Origin: Escherichia coli
GTDB taxonomy: Bacteria; Pseudomonadota; Gammaproteobacteria; Enterobacterales; Enterobacteriaceae
NCBI RefSeq assembly: GCF_024700885.2
Contig: NZ_CP117016.1
DNA: 64,000 nucleotides
Strand: one strand, 5' to 3'
The notes under the pieces were generated by a model. It saw nothing but the letters and a program-made list of their open reading frames with translations. It was not told where the DNA came from and made no database searches. The position numbers and the translations under genes were made by a program. This document shows, piece by piece, positions 61,482-64,000 of the stretch. Position 1 is the stretch's first letter. The number at the start of each line of letters is the position of its first letter.

Positions 61482-62687
61482 ATGGCCTTTTCTCAAGCGG
61501 TTAGCGGATTAAACGCTGCCGCCACCAACCTCGATGTTATTGGCAACAATATCGCCAACTCCGCCACCTACGGCTTTAAATCAGGCACGGCCTCTTTTGC
61601 CGATATGTTTGCCGGTTCGAAAGTGGGACTGGGGGTAAAAGTTGCCGGTATCACTCAGGACTTTACCGATGGCACGACCACCAACACCGGGCGTGGTCTG
61701 GACGTTGCTATCAGCCAGAACGGTTTTTTCCGTCTGGTAGACAGCAACGGTTCGGTGTTCTACAGCCGTAACGGACAATTTAAGCTGGATGAAAACCGTA
61801 ACCTGGTGAATATGCAAGGTTTACAGCTGACGGGTTACCCGGCAACCGGTACGCCGCCGACTATTCAGCAAGGGGCGAATCCGACCAATATTTCGATCCC
61901 GAATACCCTGATGGCAGCGAAAACTACCACCACGGCGTCGATGCAGATCAACCTGAATTCCAGTGATCCGCTTCCCTCTGTTAACGCATTTGATGCCAGC
62001 AATGCGGATAGCTATAACAAAAAAGGTTCGGTGACTGTTTTCGATAGTCAGGGTAATGCTCATGACATGAGCGTCTACTTTGTGAAGACCGGGGATAATA
62101 ACTGGCAGGTCTACACCCAGGATAGTAGTGATCCAAACAGCATTGCGAAGACAGCGACAACACTGGTGTTTAATGCCAATGGCGTTCTGACCTCAGATCC
62201 AACAGCGAATATTTCCACTGGCGCAATTAACGGCGCAGATCCCGCCACGTTTAGCCTGAGTTTCCTCAACTCCATGCAGCAAAATACCGGTGCTAACAAC
62301 ATTGTGGCAACCACCCAGAACGGCTACAAACCGGGCGATCTGGTGAGTTATCAAATCAATGATGACGGTACGGTTGTCGGCAACTATTCCAACGAACAAA
62401 CCCAACTGCTGGGGCAGATTGTACTGGCGAACTTTGCCAACAACGAAGGTCTGGCATCCGAAGGCGACAACGTCTGGTCTGCGACGCAATCTTCTGGCGT
62501 GGCGCTGTTGGGGACAGCCGGGACGGGCAACTTTGGCACCCTGACCAACGGTGCGCTGGAAGCGTCTAACGTCGATCTCAGTAAAGAACTGGTCAATATG
62601 ATCGTTGCTCAGCGTAACTATCAGTCTAACGCCCAGACCATCAAAACCCAGGACCAGATCCTCAACACGCTGGTTAACTTACGCTAA
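61482..62687 (+). CDS. flgE: Flagellar hook protein FlgE
   Basis: 401 aa; rod/hook N-terminal ANNIANSAT and C-terminal motifs. Confidence 0.95.
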   Translation: MAFSQAVSGLNAAATNLDVIGNNIANSATYGFKSGTASFADMFAGSKVGLGVKVAGITQDFTDGTTTNTGRGLDVAISQNGFFRLVDSNGSVFYSRNGQFKLDENRNLVNMQGLQLTGYPATGTPPTIQQGANPTNISIPNTLMAAKTTTTASMQINLNSSDPLPSVNAFDASNADSYNKKGSVTVFDSQGNAHDMSVYFVKTGDNNWQVYTQDSSDPNSIAKTATTLVFNANGVLTSDPTANISTGAINGADPATFSLSFLNSMQQNTGANNIVATTQNGYKPGDLVSYQINDDGTVVGNYSNEQTQLLGQIVLANFANNEGLASEGDNVWSATQSSGVALLGTAGTGNFGTLTNGALEASNVDLSKELVNMIVAQRNYQSNAQTIKTQDQILNTLVNLR

Positions 62688-62706
62688 TCGCTGACGGGAT
62701 AGCTCA

Positions 62707-63462
62707 ATGGATCACGCAATTTATACCGCGATGGGAGCAGCCAGCCAGACGTTGAATCAACAGGCGGTAACCGCCAGTAATCTGGCCAATGCCTCTACGC
62801 CCGGTTTTCGCGCGCAGTTAAACGCCTTGCGCGCAGTGCCGGTGGAAGGGCTTTCACTGCCTACGCGCACGCTGGTAACGGCGTCAACGCCGGGTGCAGA
62901 CATGACGCCCGGCAAGATGGATTACACCTCGCGCCCGCTGGACGTTGCGTTGCAGCAGGATGGCTGGCTGGCCGTGCAGACCGCTGACGGCAGCGAAGGG
63001 TATACGCGTAATGGCAGCATTCAGGTTGATCCCACTGGGCAACTGACAATTCAGGGGCATCCGGTGATAGGCGAGGCGGGGCCAATTGCTGTGCCGGAAG
63101 GGGCGGAAATCACTATTGCTGCCGATGGCACAATCTCGGCGCTGAATCCGGGCGATCCGGCAAATACGGTTGCGCCAGTGGGGCGTCTGAAACTGGTGAA
63201 AGCCACGGGCAGCGAAGTGCAGCGCGGTGACGACGGCATTTTTCGTTTAAGCGCAGAAAGCCAGGCCACGCGTGGGCCTGTACTGCAGGCAGAGCCAACC
63301 TTGCGTGTGATGTCGGGTGTTCTGGAAGGCAGTAACGTCAATGCCGTTGCGGCAATGAGCGACATGATTGCCAGCGCGCGGCGTTTTGAAATGCAGATGA
63401 AGGTGATCAGCAGCGTCGATGATAACGCAGGCCGTGCCAACCAACTGCTGTCGATGAGTTAA
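62707..63462 (+). CDS. flgF: Flagellar basal-body rod protein FlgF
   Basis: 251 aa. Confidence 0.95.
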   Translation: MDHAIYTAMGAASQTLNQQAVTASNLANASTPGFRAQLNALRAVPVEGLSLPTRTLVTASTPGADMTPGKMDYTSRPLDVALQQDGWLAVQTADGSEGYTRNGSIQVDPTGQLTIQGHPVIGEAGPIAVPEGAEITIAADGTISALNPGDPANTVAPVGRLKLVKATGSEVQRGDDGIFRLSAESQATRGPVLQAEPTLRVMSGVLEGSNVNAVAAMSDMIASARRFEMQMKVISSVDDNAGRANQLLSMS

Positions 63463-63580
63463 TTAATCGATTGATGACATTGCAATAAAAGCGCGCGGAC
63501 TGTTCCCTCGCCCCTTTGGGGAGAGGTTAGGGTGAGGGGAAATGCGCACCGCCGCGTGCTTCTGCTCTGCTTGTCACTAA

Positions 63581-64000
<420 letters not shown>

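Overview
The window reads as an Escherichia coli-type chromosomal segment in two parts. Positions ~1-26,460 are an accessory genomic-island segment that abuts the 3' end of a tRNA-Ser(GGA) gene (serX-like, 26468-26555, minus strand). Positions ~26,560-64,000 are conserved core: ghrA-ycdXYZ, the curli csgDEFG/csgBAC locus with its 754-bp regulatory intergenic region, ymdAB-clsC, opgC/opgGH, yceK-msyB-mdtG-lpxL-yceA-yceIJ-solA-bssS-dinI-pyrC-yceB-grxB-mdtH-rimJ-yceH-yceM-murJ, and flgNMA/flgBCDEFG (flgG partial). The island contains (i) an autotransporter fragment truncated by an IS3-family remnant; (ii) a tightly packed seven-gene minus-strand defence operon, small ORF-hsdM-hsdS-darT-darG-hsdR-M48 peptidase, i.e. 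a DarTG toxin-antitoxin pair embedded inside a type I restriction-modification operon; (iii) an AT-rich orphan ORF whose N-terminus looks like a GIY-YIG nuclease; and (iv) a CP4-44-like module (YeeP GTPase, Ag43 with its three-GATC Dam/OxyR switch, YeeR, DUF932, anti-restriction, RadC-like, YeeT, CbeA/CbtA, YeeW). No CRISPR array, rRNA or integrase was seen. The most unusual part is the 2.1-13.7 kb defence locus. DarT/DarG, HsdRMS and the HEXXH peptidase are recognisable families; the small upstream ORF, the GIY-YIG-like ORF and the functional coupling between them are unassigned candidates. Whether any of this is undescribed cannot be decided without database searches. All family calls rest on motif recognition by eye, and gene starts were refined from the ORF track against remembered K-12 proteins.
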